In this document: positions 28,144 through 37,853 of the stretch, in pieces
Layout of the letters: each line of letters opens with the position of its first letter
Numbering within the stretch: the first letter of the stretch is position 1
Virus record (IMG/VR): IMGVR_UViG_3300027963_000035
Span: 1 to 64,000 of that record
DNA: 64,000 nucleotides
Direction: 5' to 3' (one strand)
The notes under the pieces: generated by a model
The model's input: only the letters and a program-made list of their open reading frames with translations
Told to the model about the DNA's origin: nothing
Databases searched by the model: none
Program-made: the position numbers and the translations under genes

Positions 28144-30558
28144 ATGTTGAACATCCAGAACACAATGTCTAGGCTAAATTCTGATCACGCAGAAATAACT
28201 GCAATGGCACCGGATCTGAATTATTTCACAGATGAAGTTGAAAACTACATAAGTTGTCAATGTAATACTAGTAGAGTGAACGGCATTGCCCAACATGATG
28301 ATGGTGATATGCTTTTGGTCGGAGAAGGGTTTGTAGATGGCACGCCAGACAATAACTGGGAATGTTGCTACTCAGAGGTGGTAAAAATAAGCCAAAACGG
28401 TATCCAAGATGAAACATTTCCCGCTACAAGATTTAGTGATTCTGTCTATACTGTTGCCGTCCAACCTAATGGAAAAATATTATTAGGTGGTTGGTTCTAC
28501 AATCATTCTGTAGACGGATCTATTACAACACAAACTTCACACTATATTGCCAAATTTGATTCAAATGGTGTCTTTGACGCCAGTTTTGATTCTACATTAA
28601 ATGGCGCAATAGATGGAGTTGTGAATAAAATTCTAGCCTTAAGTGACAATACTTCGGTAGTGGCGGGCCGGTTCACTTCTAGAATTATGATCCTAAATGA
28701 TGATGGAACTCAAGTCCCGATAGAAGCAAACTCTAACTTTGACGCAGTATATGATGTTGCAATAGACTCTGAGGAAAGATTAATTGCAGTAGGATATAAT
28801 TTAGAAAGAAAACATATTATCAGATATGTATATGATAGTGGAACTTCAACATGGATTGAAGATGATACATTTATTCCTCCTGTTTTCAATAACGATAGTT
28901 TCTTGAAAACAGTTGCGGTTCAAGATGATAATAAGATAATAGTGGGCGGAAATTTTAGTGTAATCTCAGATACTGGAATAACCACAACACTATATAGCAT
29001 ATGTAGAATAAATGAAAATGGCTATATAGATACATCTTTTGGTTTAGACGCACAAGGAGCACAAAATCCTGGAATTGCTTACTACATCCCAGCTGGATAT
29101 TATGGCGAGGAAAATTTCTATCCTCCCTATATAACAAAGATTGAACTTTTAGATGATGGAAAAATGATTGTTGGTGGTAATTTCAATGCTTTCGGATATC
29201 CCGGAGACACACCATCAGTTAGAAATAACATCTGTAAAATTAATTCAGATGGATCACTGGACAGTTCTTTTGGCGGAGCAAATGATTTCTATGGAAATAA
29301 TCGATCTAGTAATCAAATAGATAATAATTCATACTACCCATCAGTAAATGATATATATCAAGTATCTTCTGGCGATATATGGGTTGGTGGATATTTTATT
29401 AAACCAAAAAGATACTATGTTAAATTAAATTCATCGGGAACGCCAGGTTCCTTTGGATCCGATTATATGCCATTAGTAACTGGTATTGATGATGGCGGAT
29501 TTGATATGTATGATGGCGGTAATTTCTTTAATACCAATCTAACTCAAATCTATGATGATATTAAAGAAGATGAAGTAGATTATGATCTTTCCATTCCTTC
29601 CACTCACACCCAGATGCCCAATGAAGTTTCTTTTGGTCCTCAATGGGCAGCAGGAGGTGCTTCAAAGAATATTTATTCACCAATATATTTCGACAGCACA
29701 ATAGAAGACGGAACAGATTATTTCGGAGAAGGAAGTCAATATTTCACTTCCATGTATCCTGGTATGTTTGTTTTAGTGGCCACAAATATAGATATAACTC
29801 AGTTTAGTATAACTGGAGATATCGGCGCAGACGGAGGAACTAGTTATTCAGTGGATGTTTTGTCAATAACATCTAGATCGAATGATTACACCGTATTTGC
29901 TAAGACCGTAGAAGCAGCACAAGAGGAAGAGGAAGTGGCGCCCACTCATTTAATAATTGTTCCGGGTAATAGTGATGGAATAACTCATCTTTATGACGAA
30001 TCTACAAATTATGACGATCACGCAGTCGATGGAATAACCGGTATAAAAGAAATATATGTAATAGTAATGTCTAAGCTTGATGGAAGTTTTATGACAACAT
30101 CTGAGATGGGAGATATAGCACAAAAATTCTTAGATACCATAACCGAAGAAGCCACCGTCACTACTACCACTACTACTGAGCCTTTTATTGTTGAAGCGGA
30201 AGAACCTAAATCTTGTGGTAGTACTATTTGCAACATTAATATAAGATGTTTGAAACATAATAAAGATTTAAAAATAGGATCCACTTTGAATTCTTGTGGA
30301 TGTTCTACTTGGAAATTTATTGATCCAGGTACTAAGTTAAAAGGAGGAGTACTAAGCGGATCATCAAAGAAGGGAGCATGGATTCCTGCATCAACAGTCT
30401 GTTCGCAGATGCTTTATTCGTATCCTTCAAAGGTTGTTTCTGCTGCACCGGTGACAACCACCACGACGGCCCCAACCACAACAGTGGCTCCCACAACCAC
30501 AACAGTGGCTCCCACAACCACAACAGTGGCTCCCACAACCACAACAGTGGCTCCCTGA
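28144..30558 (+). CDS. Beta-propeller (delta-60/DUF5122-like repeat) protein with Cys-rich and Thr-rich C-terminus
   Basis: Repeats VAVQPNGKILLGG, AVQDDNKIIVGGNF and DGKMIVGGNF...DGSLDSSF; TTTTVAP tail. Confidence 0.8.
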   Translation: MLNIQNTMSRLNSDHAEITAMAPDLNYFTDEVENYISCQCNTSRVNGIAQHDDGDMLLVGEGFVDGTPDNNWECCYSEVVKISQNGIQDETFPATRFSDSVYTVAVQPNGKILLGGWFYNHSVDGSITTQTSHYIAKFDSNGVFDASFDSTLNGAIDGVVNKILALSDNTSVVAGRFTSRIMILNDDGTQVPIEANSNFDAVYDVAIDSEERLIAVGYNLERKHIIRYVYDSGTSTWIEDDTFIPPVFNNDSFLKTVAVQDDNKIIVGGNFSVISDTGITTTLYSICRINENGYIDTSFGLDAQGAQNPGIAYYIPAGYYGEENFYPPYITKIELLDDGKMIVGGNFNAFGYPGDTPSVRNNICKINSDGSLDSSFGGANDFYGNNRSSNQIDNNSYYPSVNDIYQVSSGDIWVGGYFIKPKRYYVKLNSSGTPGSFGSDYMPLVTGIDDGGFDMYDGGNFFNTNLTQIYDDIKEDEVDYDLSIPSTHTQMPNEVSFGPQWAAGGASKNIYSPIYFDSTIEDGTDYFGEGSQYFTSMYPGMFVLVATNIDITQFSITGDIGADGGTSYSVDVLSITSRSNDYTVFAKTVEAAQEEEEVAPTHLIIVPGNSDGITHLYDESTNYDDHAVDGITGIKEIYVIVMSKLDGSFMTTSEMGDIAQKFLDTITEEATVTTTTTTEPFIVEAEEPKSCGSTICNINIRCLKHNKDLKIGSTLNSCGCSTWKFIDPGTKLKGGVLSGSSKKGAWIPASTVCSQMLYSYPSKVVSAAPVTTTTTAPTTTVAPTTTTVAPTTTTVAPTTTTVAP
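30469..30555 (+). repeat. 21-bp coding tandem repeat (PTTTTVA) x~4
   Basis: cccacaaccacaacagtggct: three exact copies and one degenerate copy. Confidence 0.9.
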
Positions 30559-30619
30559 TCAATTATTTTATAAACAATACTATATAATTTATACCAACAA
30601 ACATAAAGGAATAACAAAC

Positions 30620-31057
30620 ATGTCAGACTCTAATTTAGAACTCAGTCCAATTCTCAAAAACTTAGCCTCAGAAGGTGGATTAGATACAGCCATATTAAAC
30701 GGAAACAGTATCCAAAGAACTTTAAACATGGTTGACTTTGATGGAAAAAAAATAGTTTCTAAAAAAGACGGAGATGTAATAACAGTTTCTGATGGTGGAG
30801 AATACTTGGCCCAAATTATTCCAAGTGAATTTGTTGAAGCAAGAGGAGATTGTTCTGACTCGGAAACCCTTTGCGATAGTGTTTGTGTTAATTTAATGAC
30901 TGATGAGAGTAATTGCGGAAGTTGTGGTAACGAGTGCCCAGTAGGATATACCTGTGTAAGCGGGGTTTGCATTGCACCAACACCAACACCAACACCAACT
31001 CGCACAGTTACTCCAACTCCAACAAGAACTCCAACCCCAACACCAACTCGTGCGTAA
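30620..31057 (+). CDS. Protein with a Stig1-like Cys-rich module and Pro-Thr tail
   Basis: CVNLMTDESNCGSCGNECPVGYTCVSGVC followed by (PT)n. Confidence 0.7.
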   Translation: MSDSNLELSPILKNLASEGGLDTAILNGNSIQRTLNMVDFDGKKIVSKKDGDVITVSDGGEYLAQIIPSEFVEARGDCSDSETLCDSVCVNLMTDESNCGSCGNECPVGYTCVSGVCIAPTPTPTPTRTVTPTPTRTPTPTPTRA

Positions 31058-31349
31058 AAAATTCCTAGAATGGTTAGAAGAAAAAGACCCAGAAGTCTAT
31101 AATGAAATACTAGGAACACTTGCTCTTGCTGGTGGTGCTGGCATGTTAATTGCCCCCAAGGCCACTAAATATGTAGCCAAAAAGGTTTTTGATGTTGGTG
31201 CCAATGTCACAGGCCACGCTCTTAAAAAAGGAATAGATCTCACAGCAGATGCCATAAAAGGTGGCACTAAACTTGCTGGTAAAGGGATTTATCATGGATC
31301 AAAAATGGCTGCAAAAGGCATAAAAAATGCCATTAGCAAAAAAGAATAA
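31050..31349 (+). CDS. CTS-like protein (MRKKFLEWLEE) with a Gly/Ala-rich hydrophobic segment
   Basis: GTG start at 31050 overlaps the upstream stop; same frame as track ORF 30972..31349. Confidence 0.6.
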   Translation: MRKKFLEWLEEKDPEVYNEILGTLALAGGAGMLIAPKATKYVAKKVFDVGANVTGHALKKGIDLTADAIKGGTKLAGKGIYHGSKMAAKGIKNAISKKE

Positions 31350-31801
31350 TGAATTTCAAAGAATATATACAAATCAGAGAAATTGAAAATTCACTCAATG
31401 AAGTGAGTATGACCGCAGTATCAAAAGGCTTATCCAAATTAATAGATACCCCAGAAAATATAGTATCGGCTTTATATAAGGCTTACAGAGTCATGAAAGC
31501 CACAGCATTCCTCGCTGCTTTAATTTATATGGGGTTTAGACTTGAAATGGTGAGAGCATTGCTTCCTTGGTTAGCACCATTTATAGACAAAGCTGGGGCT
31601 CTTGTATTGGCATCTGGGGCCGGTTTCTTAGAACAATCCTTCTCTAAGTTATCATCATTATACCCAGAACTTGTAGATTGGCTCTCAGAGCAAATCGGCA
31701 CCAAAGCAGTATTCAAAGCTGGTGAAGATGCCTATCAAATAAATAAAAAGGTATTAGGTCCAAGTTTTAGACCATATTCTGGACCAACTGGGAAGTTTTA
31801 A
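31349..31801 (+). CDS. CTS-like protein (MNFKEYIQIRE) with hydrophobic helices
   Basis: 150 aa ORF, translationally coupled to the upstream gene. Confidence 0.65.
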   Translation: MNFKEYIQIREIENSLNEVSMTAVSKGLSKLIDTPENIVSALYKAYRVMKATAFLAALIYMGFRLEMVRALLPWLAPFIDKAGALVLASGAGFLEQSFSKLSSLYPELVDWLSEQIGTKAVFKAGEDAYQINKKVLGPSFRPYSGPTGKF

Positions 31802-31824
31802 GTGGTTAAATAGTATATAAATCT

Positions 31825-32541
31825 ATGAAAACATTTATTGAGTGGCTAGAATTAAACGAGGCTCGATTTTTTTCTAATTTGTTTGGAGCCAAGAAACAAG
31901 TTGCTCCACAAAATGTGAATCAAGAAACACCAGAAGAAAAAGAACGTAGAAGACAGTCTGATGCTCACGATGATGCAATGAGGATGTTGGTTCCTGGTTA
32001 TAAGCCCTCTGAAAATAAGACCAGTATATCACAACCTAACCTACCAAAAATCTCACAACCTCAACAACAAAATAAACTATCAAAGGCTTTGGATTTGCCT
32101 AAATCTGGGGGTAAAACGCTATTTGATCAACTATATGATTTAGTGGGAGACAAAATACTACCGATTCAGAGAATGAGATCTGAGTCTGATTATTCTCTGA
32201 AGAATTCATCAAATAGTTCTAGATTACGTGAGGCCTATTCATGGCTGTCTCGGGCTAAAAATTACGGAGATGACAATTACGGACTGTCGGTCTCTGAAAT
32301 CGACAAGGCAATTAATATCATAGAGAAGATGTTCAAGGATGAGCTGGGAGCAGTTGCCTTCCCAGACGAAGAAGTAGTTGTTCCGTATGCCAAACCAGAT
32401 TGGAATCCGAAGGATTATCACATCAGTGACGCAGGGATAAGTAGTCTTGAAGAGCCTGCGAAGGTAATAGTAAAAGGTTTCAGATATAGTGGAAGGACTA
32501 CACCCGCTATAATTAGTATAAAAGCCTTTAAAAATTCCTAA
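31825..32541 (+). CDS. CTS-like protein (MKTFIEWLELNE) with a weakly GrpE-like C-terminus
   Basis: 238 aa ORF. Confidence 0.65.
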   Translation: MKTFIEWLELNEARFFSNLFGAKKQVAPQNVNQETPEEKERRRQSDAHDDAMRMLVPGYKPSENKTSISQPNLPKISQPQQQNKLSKALDLPKSGGKTLFDQLYDLVGDKILPIQRMRSESDYSLKNSSNSSRLREAYSWLSRAKNYGDDNYGLSVSEIDKAINIIEKMFKDELGAVAFPDEEVVVPYAKPDWNPKDYHISDAGISSLEEPAKVIVKGFRYSGRTTPAIISIKAFKNS

Positions 32542-32609
32542 AAGAGGAAAAGTATTTAAACTTAAATTTTGTCATTTGTACTCCTATACATTAAACAATA
32601 GGAGTGCAA

Positions 32610-33332
32610 ATGACAAGAAAGAAAACAAGTCCCGTCTGGATTTTAAATAAAAAAGAAATTCAAGAGCTTTTAAATAATTCTAATAGTTTCGTTGAAGTTT
32701 TAGAAAAAATAGGATTAGATGCACATAGCGGAAATCATAGAACTCTTAAAGAAAGAATAAAACAAGATTCGCTTGATATTAAAGAGCTGGAAAAGAGGAG
32801 GAAAGATAGGATAGGACAGTTTTCGATTAAAAATAAAATACCTTTAGATGAAATAATGGTAGAGAATTCAAGTTATGGAACAAACCATCTCAAAAAAAGA
32901 ATATTAGATGAAAAAATGTTAGATTATGCTTGTGAAAAATGTAAAAACAATGGTAATTGGCTAGGCAATAAGTTGGTCCTACAACTAGAACATAAAAATG
33001 GAAATTCTAAAGATCACAGGCTGGATAATCTTTGCTTTTTATGTCCAAACTGTCACACACAAACATCAACTTATGCCGGTAAGAATAGCAGCTTAAAAAA
33101 AAGTAGAATATGTATTGAATGTAAGGGCCCAACTAAAGGTAAGGGAACTAAGTGTAGAAGGTGTGCTTCTCAAAAACAACCAAAAAAGTTTTTTGTTACA
33201 AAAGAAGAGCTTCAAAAGTTAGTTGAAATATATCCTCTTACAACAATAGGAAGAAAATTTGGAGTGTGTGGCAACTCAATAAAGAAAAGATGCAGATCTT
33301 TCGGAATAGAAAATAGTAGAAAGAAAAAATAA
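32610..33332 (+). CDS. HNH homing endonuclease with flanking HTH/Zn modules
   Basis: CEKC...LQLEHKNGNSKDHRLDNLCFLCPNCH; AGGAG Shine-Dalgarno at 32600-32604. Confidence 0.9.
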   Translation: MTRKKTSPVWILNKKEIQELLNNSNSFVEVLEKIGLDAHSGNHRTLKERIKQDSLDIKELEKRRKDRIGQFSIKNKIPLDEIMVENSSYGTNHLKKRILDEKMLDYACEKCKNNGNWLGNKLVLQLEHKNGNSKDHRLDNLCFLCPNCHTQTSTYAGKNSSLKKSRICIECKGPTKGKGTKCRRCASQKQPKKFFVTKEELQKLVEIYPLTTIGRKFGVCGNSIKKRCRSFGIENSRKKK

Positions 33333-33348
33333 GCGGGATAAGAGAGTC

Positions 33349-33756
33349 TTAAAAACCTATTTTCTCTACTTTTTTAACGTCTTTATTTTTACGTAAACTC
33401 TCAATAAAAGACTTAACATTTTTTAGTTTCTCTATCTTAACTTCATAAGTATTATCGGAATTTTGTTTAACACTAACAACAGTTCCTCCACTAGCCGATA
33501 CCATTTCTGAGATACTCTCTGGGTTGTCTAAAACAACCATAACACTCTCTGAAGAACTATTATATGAAACGCCAACAATTAAAAATAAACAAAAAGTGAG
33601 TGCAAATAAGAGAGGATTAAACCAATTTATTGAAGACTTTGGTGAGTCCACTATTCTTCCCATGTCAACAACAAGATCTTCGTCTGTCCCTCCACTCTTT
33701 CTAAGAGAGTCCAGGTACCCAGGCAGATTCTCAAGATTCATTGGTTGTTTGCTCAT
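33349..33756 (-). CDS. Single-pass membrane protein, hypothetical
   Basis: Hydrophobic segment LLFALTFCLFLIVGV. Confidence 0.6.
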   Translation of the reverse strand: MSKQPMNLENLPGYLDSLRKSGGTDEDLVVDMGRIVDSPKSSINWFNPLLFALTFCLFLIVGVSYNSSSESVMVVLDNPESISEMVSASGGTVVSVKQNSDNTYEVKIEKLKNVKSFIESLRKNKDVKKVEKIGF

Positions 33757-33792
33757 AATATTATATATAATAATTGCATATATAATTTAACT

Positions 33793-33966
33793 ATGTCAAA
33801 TTACACTGTGGATCTATCGCCGCCACTCTTCACCAATGTAGCTGCAGGTCAACAAGAAGTTGATTTAGAAGGTAGAACACCACAAGAAAAAGCAGAGCTT
33901 ATCAGAAGTATGCTCGATAACTTAAATGATGATCATCCATTAGTGGTTAATATTAGGAGTATGTAG
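33793..33966 (+). CDS. Small hypothetical protein
   Basis: Internal ATG of track ORF 33745..33966. Confidence 0.4.
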   Translation: MSNYTVDLSPPLFTNVAAGQQEVDLEGRTPQEKAELIRSMLDNLNDDHPLVVNIRSM

Positions 33967-34446
33967 AAGAAGTTTGTAAACCAAAGCATCCCAAGAAAGT
34001 TTCTTCTCCTTTAGTAAGATATCCACTCTACCACCATTAAGAGTATCATCTGGATAATTTAATGTAATGTTTTTAAGTTCCGGTAATATCCCAAATTCCC
34101 GAGCCATATCAACTGCTAAATTTTTATAATACACATTATATTTAATCATTTCTTTTATTGCTTTTTTTCGTAAATGAAAATATTTATGTTGTCTAAGATG
34201 CATTATTAATAATGAAAATCTACTCCAATCTTTTTTATCAAAATTTTGAAATTCTAAGTTTGGAAACAACTTTATAAATTTAGAGATTGTTTCTTTATCG
34301 TTAAAAACATCGTCCCTACTTGTTTGGTGTTTTTTAACAAAATCATCCACTATTTTTTGCGACCAGCCGGATGCCTTTATATCAGCAGCAAAAACACTTC
34401 TTAATTTTTGATCATTTTGTTCAAGATCAAATAATTCTTTATTCAT
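33940..34446 (-). CDS. Hypothetical helical protein (weakly DUF6624-like)
   Basis: ELFDLEQNDQKLR...LLIMH pattern. Confidence 0.55.
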   Translation of the reverse strand: MNKELFDLEQNDQKLRSVFAADIKASGWSQKIVDDFVKKHQTSRDDVFNDKETISKFIKLFPNLEFQNFDKKDWSRFSLLIMHLRQHKYFHLRKKAIKEMIKYNVYYKNLAVDMAREFGILPELKNITLNYPDDTLNGGRVDILLKEKKLSWDALVYKLLLHTPNINH

Positions 34447-34485
34447 TATAACAGGTATCTTTATGCGTGTTCAATAAAATTAAAC

Positions 34486-34959
34486 TTAAGATTGTTGAGA
34501 TAATTTATAATAATTTGCTAATTCGCTCTCTAGGCCATTGATGTATTCAACTATTTTATTATAGTTTCCTTGCTTAACATCATCAACTACCCACTGTGGT
34601 GCTGTGTTGCTATTTAAATCACGATTATTCATTATAAAAGCAAGAGCAGAGTTTATTATTCTAAATTCAAAGTTATTTGCAAAAGTAATCTTTCTGTCGA
34701 AAGGCATTAAGTTTTCTGCTACCATTTTGAAATGTCTTTTTATATGATCTAAAAGAACATCTGGTTTAGCTTGATTTTGTTTTGAACCTACAACTCTTTC
34801 TAATTCTTTTAATATTTGCCTGCTCTGCCCTATAGCCTTTACAAATGCATCTTTTAATCGGGGATCAGTATTGGCTCCACCTTGAGCTGGTTGTTTGGTG
34901 GCTACAAAACCTTGTTGTTGTGGATAGTTCTCGTTTAACCATTCATAAAATGTTTTCAT
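34486..34959 (-). CDS. CTS-like protein (MKTFYEWLNE)
   Basis: 157 aa ORF with an AAGGA Shine-Dalgarno. Confidence 0.7.
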   Translation of the reverse strand: MKTFYEWLNENYPQQQGFVATKQPAQGGANTDPRLKDAFVKAIGQSRQILKELERVVGSKQNQAKPDVLLDHIKRHFKMVAENLMPFDRKITFANNFEFRIINSALAFIMNNRDLNSNTAPQWVVDDVKQGNYNKIVEYINGLESELANYYKLSQQS

Positions 34960-34993
34960 AATTTTTCCTTTTCAAAATATATCTTATATCTGA

Positions 34994-35404
34994 TTAACCC
35001 CCATATGGCCAATCTTCTCTTTGTCTTCTCGTGTCAGTGACTGGAAGTCGCCATTCCCCAGTTTTAGGATCACGTATTAATCCTCTAGCTTCCTTTTTCT
35101 TCCGTTCAAGAGCTTCTTCCTCTTTCTTTTTTCTCAAATATTCTGCATTTGCACCCATTGATGCTTCATGGTCTTTTTTTGCCTGAGCCATCCATTGTCT
35201 TTTCTCTTTTTCTTCTTCTGCTTTTTTCATTCTCAAATATTCTGGGCTTCTTTTGTATCTTTTTTGTTCTGCTTCATCTTCTTCAGCAGTAGTTTTACCC
35301 ATAAGTCCCATATTTTGTAATGGTTTTCTAATGAACCCTGGTGTGTAATCCGCCATGTTTTCTTCTATGTTTTTTTCTTTGAGCCATTCATTAAAGCTTT
35401 TCAT
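34994..35404 (-). CDS. CTS-like charged coiled-coil protein (MKSFNEWLKE)
   Basis: 136 aa ORF with an AGGAG Shine-Dalgarno. Confidence 0.7.
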   Translation of the reverse strand: MKSFNEWLKEKNIEENMADYTPGFIRKPLQNMGLMGKTTAEEDEAEQKRYKRSPEYLRMKKAEEEKEKRQWMAQAKKDHEASMGANAEYLRKKKEEEALERKKKEARGLIRDPKTGEWRLPVTDTRRQREDWPYGG

Positions 35405-35453
35405 AATAACTCCTAAAATAAGATAATTTATATATACTTTAAAAAGCTATTTT

Positions 35454-35960
35454 CTACCAATTTTGTCCGATGTACTTGATGGTTTCGATTCCGCTTTTTG
35501 ATTTTGTTGTAATCCATCTTTCTTTTCTATCATTTGTTTCGTCTTTAATCACTTCGCCTTGAATTATTCCTTGTTGAAGCAACTCTTCGGGTCCCAACTT
35601 AACCATGGCCTGGGGAACTTGATTAGCTCTACCAATGAATTTTGTACTTTTGACTCCGTTGGCCCATCTGGTTTCGATGCTTCTAGCACCAGTTCTGTCG
35701 GTTATATCTTTGATAATTTCACCTTCAATCACTCCTTTTTGGAGCAATTCTTCTGGGCTAAGATTGACCATGTTTTGGGAGAGACGCCCACCAGACGATT
35801 TACGCTCTGGTTTAGAGGGAGAATATGTTTTTTTCTCATCTTGTCCTAGTTGATGACCAATCAAGGCGCCAACTGGACCACCAAGAAGAAATCCTGCTCC
35901 TGCTGCCGCTGGCTTGGATACTTCATTTTTTCCTGCCCGCCACTCTTGGAAACTTTTCAT
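35454..35960 (-). CDS. CTS-like protein (MKSFQEW) with a glycine zipper and an internal duplication
   Basis: GAGFLLGGPVGALIG, and two copies of MVxLxPEELLQxGxIxGExIKD. Confidence 0.7.
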   Translation of the reverse strand: MKSFQEWRAGKNEVSKPAAAGAGFLLGGPVGALIGHQLGQDEKKTYSPSKPERKSSGGRLSQNMVNLSPEELLQKGVIEGEIIKDITDRTGARSIETRWANGVKSTKFIGRANQVPQAMVKLGPEELLQQGIIQGEVIKDETNDRKERWITTKSKSGIETIKYIGQNW

Positions 35961-36069
35961 GATATTTTCCTTTCGTAATCTGATATCATATGTAGTTAGT
36001 GCGTGTAATTTTACCGCTATTTTTCTGGCGTGGGGGGATAAATATATATACTGTTTAATATATAAATAT

Positions 36070-37629
36070 ATGAAAAATTACCAAGAAGCAATAGTTGATG
36101 CTCCGAGCCAATCACTCTCTGATATTTTTGACCCCGAAGGAAAACTAAAGTCAGAGGTTGTTAATACTATTATCAAAGGTATCCAGGAGATAAAAAATCA
36201 ATTCCCCAATCTACCAATAGATGATTATTTCGTTGTGGGAGCAGCCGTAACTTACCAGTATTCTCCAAAATCTGATATTGATACAACAATCTCTGTCCCT
36301 CGTGCTCCTGATGATGTTTTTAAACAAGCAAACGATTGGATAGGTTCAAATTTAGATCCTAAATATAAATTTGGCGCTCGTCCATATCAATTCAAAGTTT
36401 CCAAGGGCACAAGAGGCCAATTGCAATCCTTCGATGCAGTATATGATGTTAAAAGCCAAATTAAAACAGGTAAACCAACTTGGATAAAAAAACCAGATCC
36501 AAATAAAACAAGTATGGATTTCAAAAAATTTATATCAAACCAAGAAAGCGAAGAACACGAGTTATATAAATCAATCGAGAAAACAATTAAACCATCAATT
36601 GAAAATTTATTAAAATTAATTAAAGCATCAGGTGGAGTTCTAAACGATCAAATTAAACAGCAAACTGCTGCAGTCTTGGACCGATACAAAATAATTAAAA
36701 AATTAAGATCGAAGTCCTATGACGGGCCAGCTGATTTAAGAGATCAAGATAAGATGAGCAAAAATTGGGGCGTAGGCAATATAGTATATAAATTTCTAGA
36801 CAGAGAGGGTTATGTTGATTTATTTGGAATTTTAAAAGAATTAGTAAAAAATCAATTTCAAAACTTTACATCTATTGTTGGAAAATTAATAAGCTCCCTA
36901 CAGCATGTCGTCAGTAGTTCGATTGGTTTTGGTGTAGGTCATATGAAACAACCACAAATGCAACCACGACCACGAACACAAATGCAACCACGAACAACAC
37001 GACAAGCTCCAAGGCCGCAATTGCAACAATCTTCACAACTGCAAACGGCTTCTATGTTATATAATTCTCCAATGTTATCAGAAGAAAACAATAAGAAAGT
37101 GTTAATAATTGATGTTGAATCCACTTGTGATACTAGTCCAATAACAAATGAAATAATAGAGATAGGATTATCAGATACATCTGGGGCAAAATTTCCTCCT
37201 CTATTCATAAAGCCTGAAAAATCTGAGGTAACAAAATTTTGCACAAAATTAACTTCAATAACACCCGATCAAATAGATAAGCTGGGATTAAGTCCACAAG
37301 AAGCATATAGAAAATTAAATAAAATATTTTCCATGTATGACAAATGGGCATCATATGGAGATTACGACAAAGAGATGCTTTTAAAAATGGAAAGTTTATA
37401 CGGACTAACTATTAATATGCCCGAACACGAAAACGTAAGACTTTTATTTGCACAAAAAGTATTTAATTCAAATAATCCTCAAGTTGCTCCTAAAAATCCA
37501 AAAGACGCACTTGAAATGCTTGGGATGTCTTTCAAGGGATTCAACCATAGAGGTGCAGATGATGCTATGAACATTGCAAATCTTTACAATGTTTTACAAG
37601 ATTATAAAGGCGCAAAGAATCCTCTTTAG
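36070..37629 (+). CDS. Nucleotidyltransferase (Pol-beta fold) fused to a DEDDh 3'-5' exonuclease
   Basis: VGAAVTYQYSPKSDIDTTI (hG[S/A]...DxD), a Q/P/R linker, then IIDVEST, YGDYD and HRGADDA. The start at 36070 follows TATAAATA. Confidence 0.8.
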   Translation: MKNYQEAIVDAPSQSLSDIFDPEGKLKSEVVNTIIKGIQEIKNQFPNLPIDDYFVVGAAVTYQYSPKSDIDTTISVPRAPDDVFKQANDWIGSNLDPKYKFGARPYQFKVSKGTRGQLQSFDAVYDVKSQIKTGKPTWIKKPDPNKTSMDFKKFISNQESEEHELYKSIEKTIKPSIENLLKLIKASGGVLNDQIKQQTAAVLDRYKIIKKLRSKSYDGPADLRDQDKMSKNWGVGNIVYKFLDREGYVDLFGILKELVKNQFQNFTSIVGKLISSLQHVVSSSIGFGVGHMKQPQMQPRPRTQMQPRTTRQAPRPQLQQSSQLQTASMLYNSPMLSEENNKKVLIIDVESTCDTSPITNEIIEIGLSDTSGAKFPPLFIKPEKSEVTKFCTKLTSITPDQIDKLGLSPQEAYRKLNKIFSMYDKWASYGDYDKEMLLKMESLYGLTINMPEHENVRLLFAQKVFNSNNPQVAPKNPKDALEMLGMSFKGFNHRGADDAMNIANLYNVLQDYKGAKNPL

Positions 37630-37853
37630 TAATTGTGTTAGTCGTATTTCTTGATAGTGTGTTATACCAAACCCCTCTTAATTTTTTCTATAAATCTGTT
37701 CATATTTTTCTTGTTGTAAACATGACCAAATAGGTTCATCTCAGTCCAGACTTCAAAGGGGATGTTACAACTTATTTTTCTGTTTCGGATGGAGCTGGTG
37801 CGTGAGATAATTAAAATACAATTTAAAGTTTGCTCACGAGAAGGAGCGAAATT

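Noticed and set aside
37630-37853. Intergenic gap as a small gene or RNA
   Set aside because: A minus-strand frame of about 60 codons lacks a convincing start or Shine-Dalgarno, and no strong hairpins were seen.
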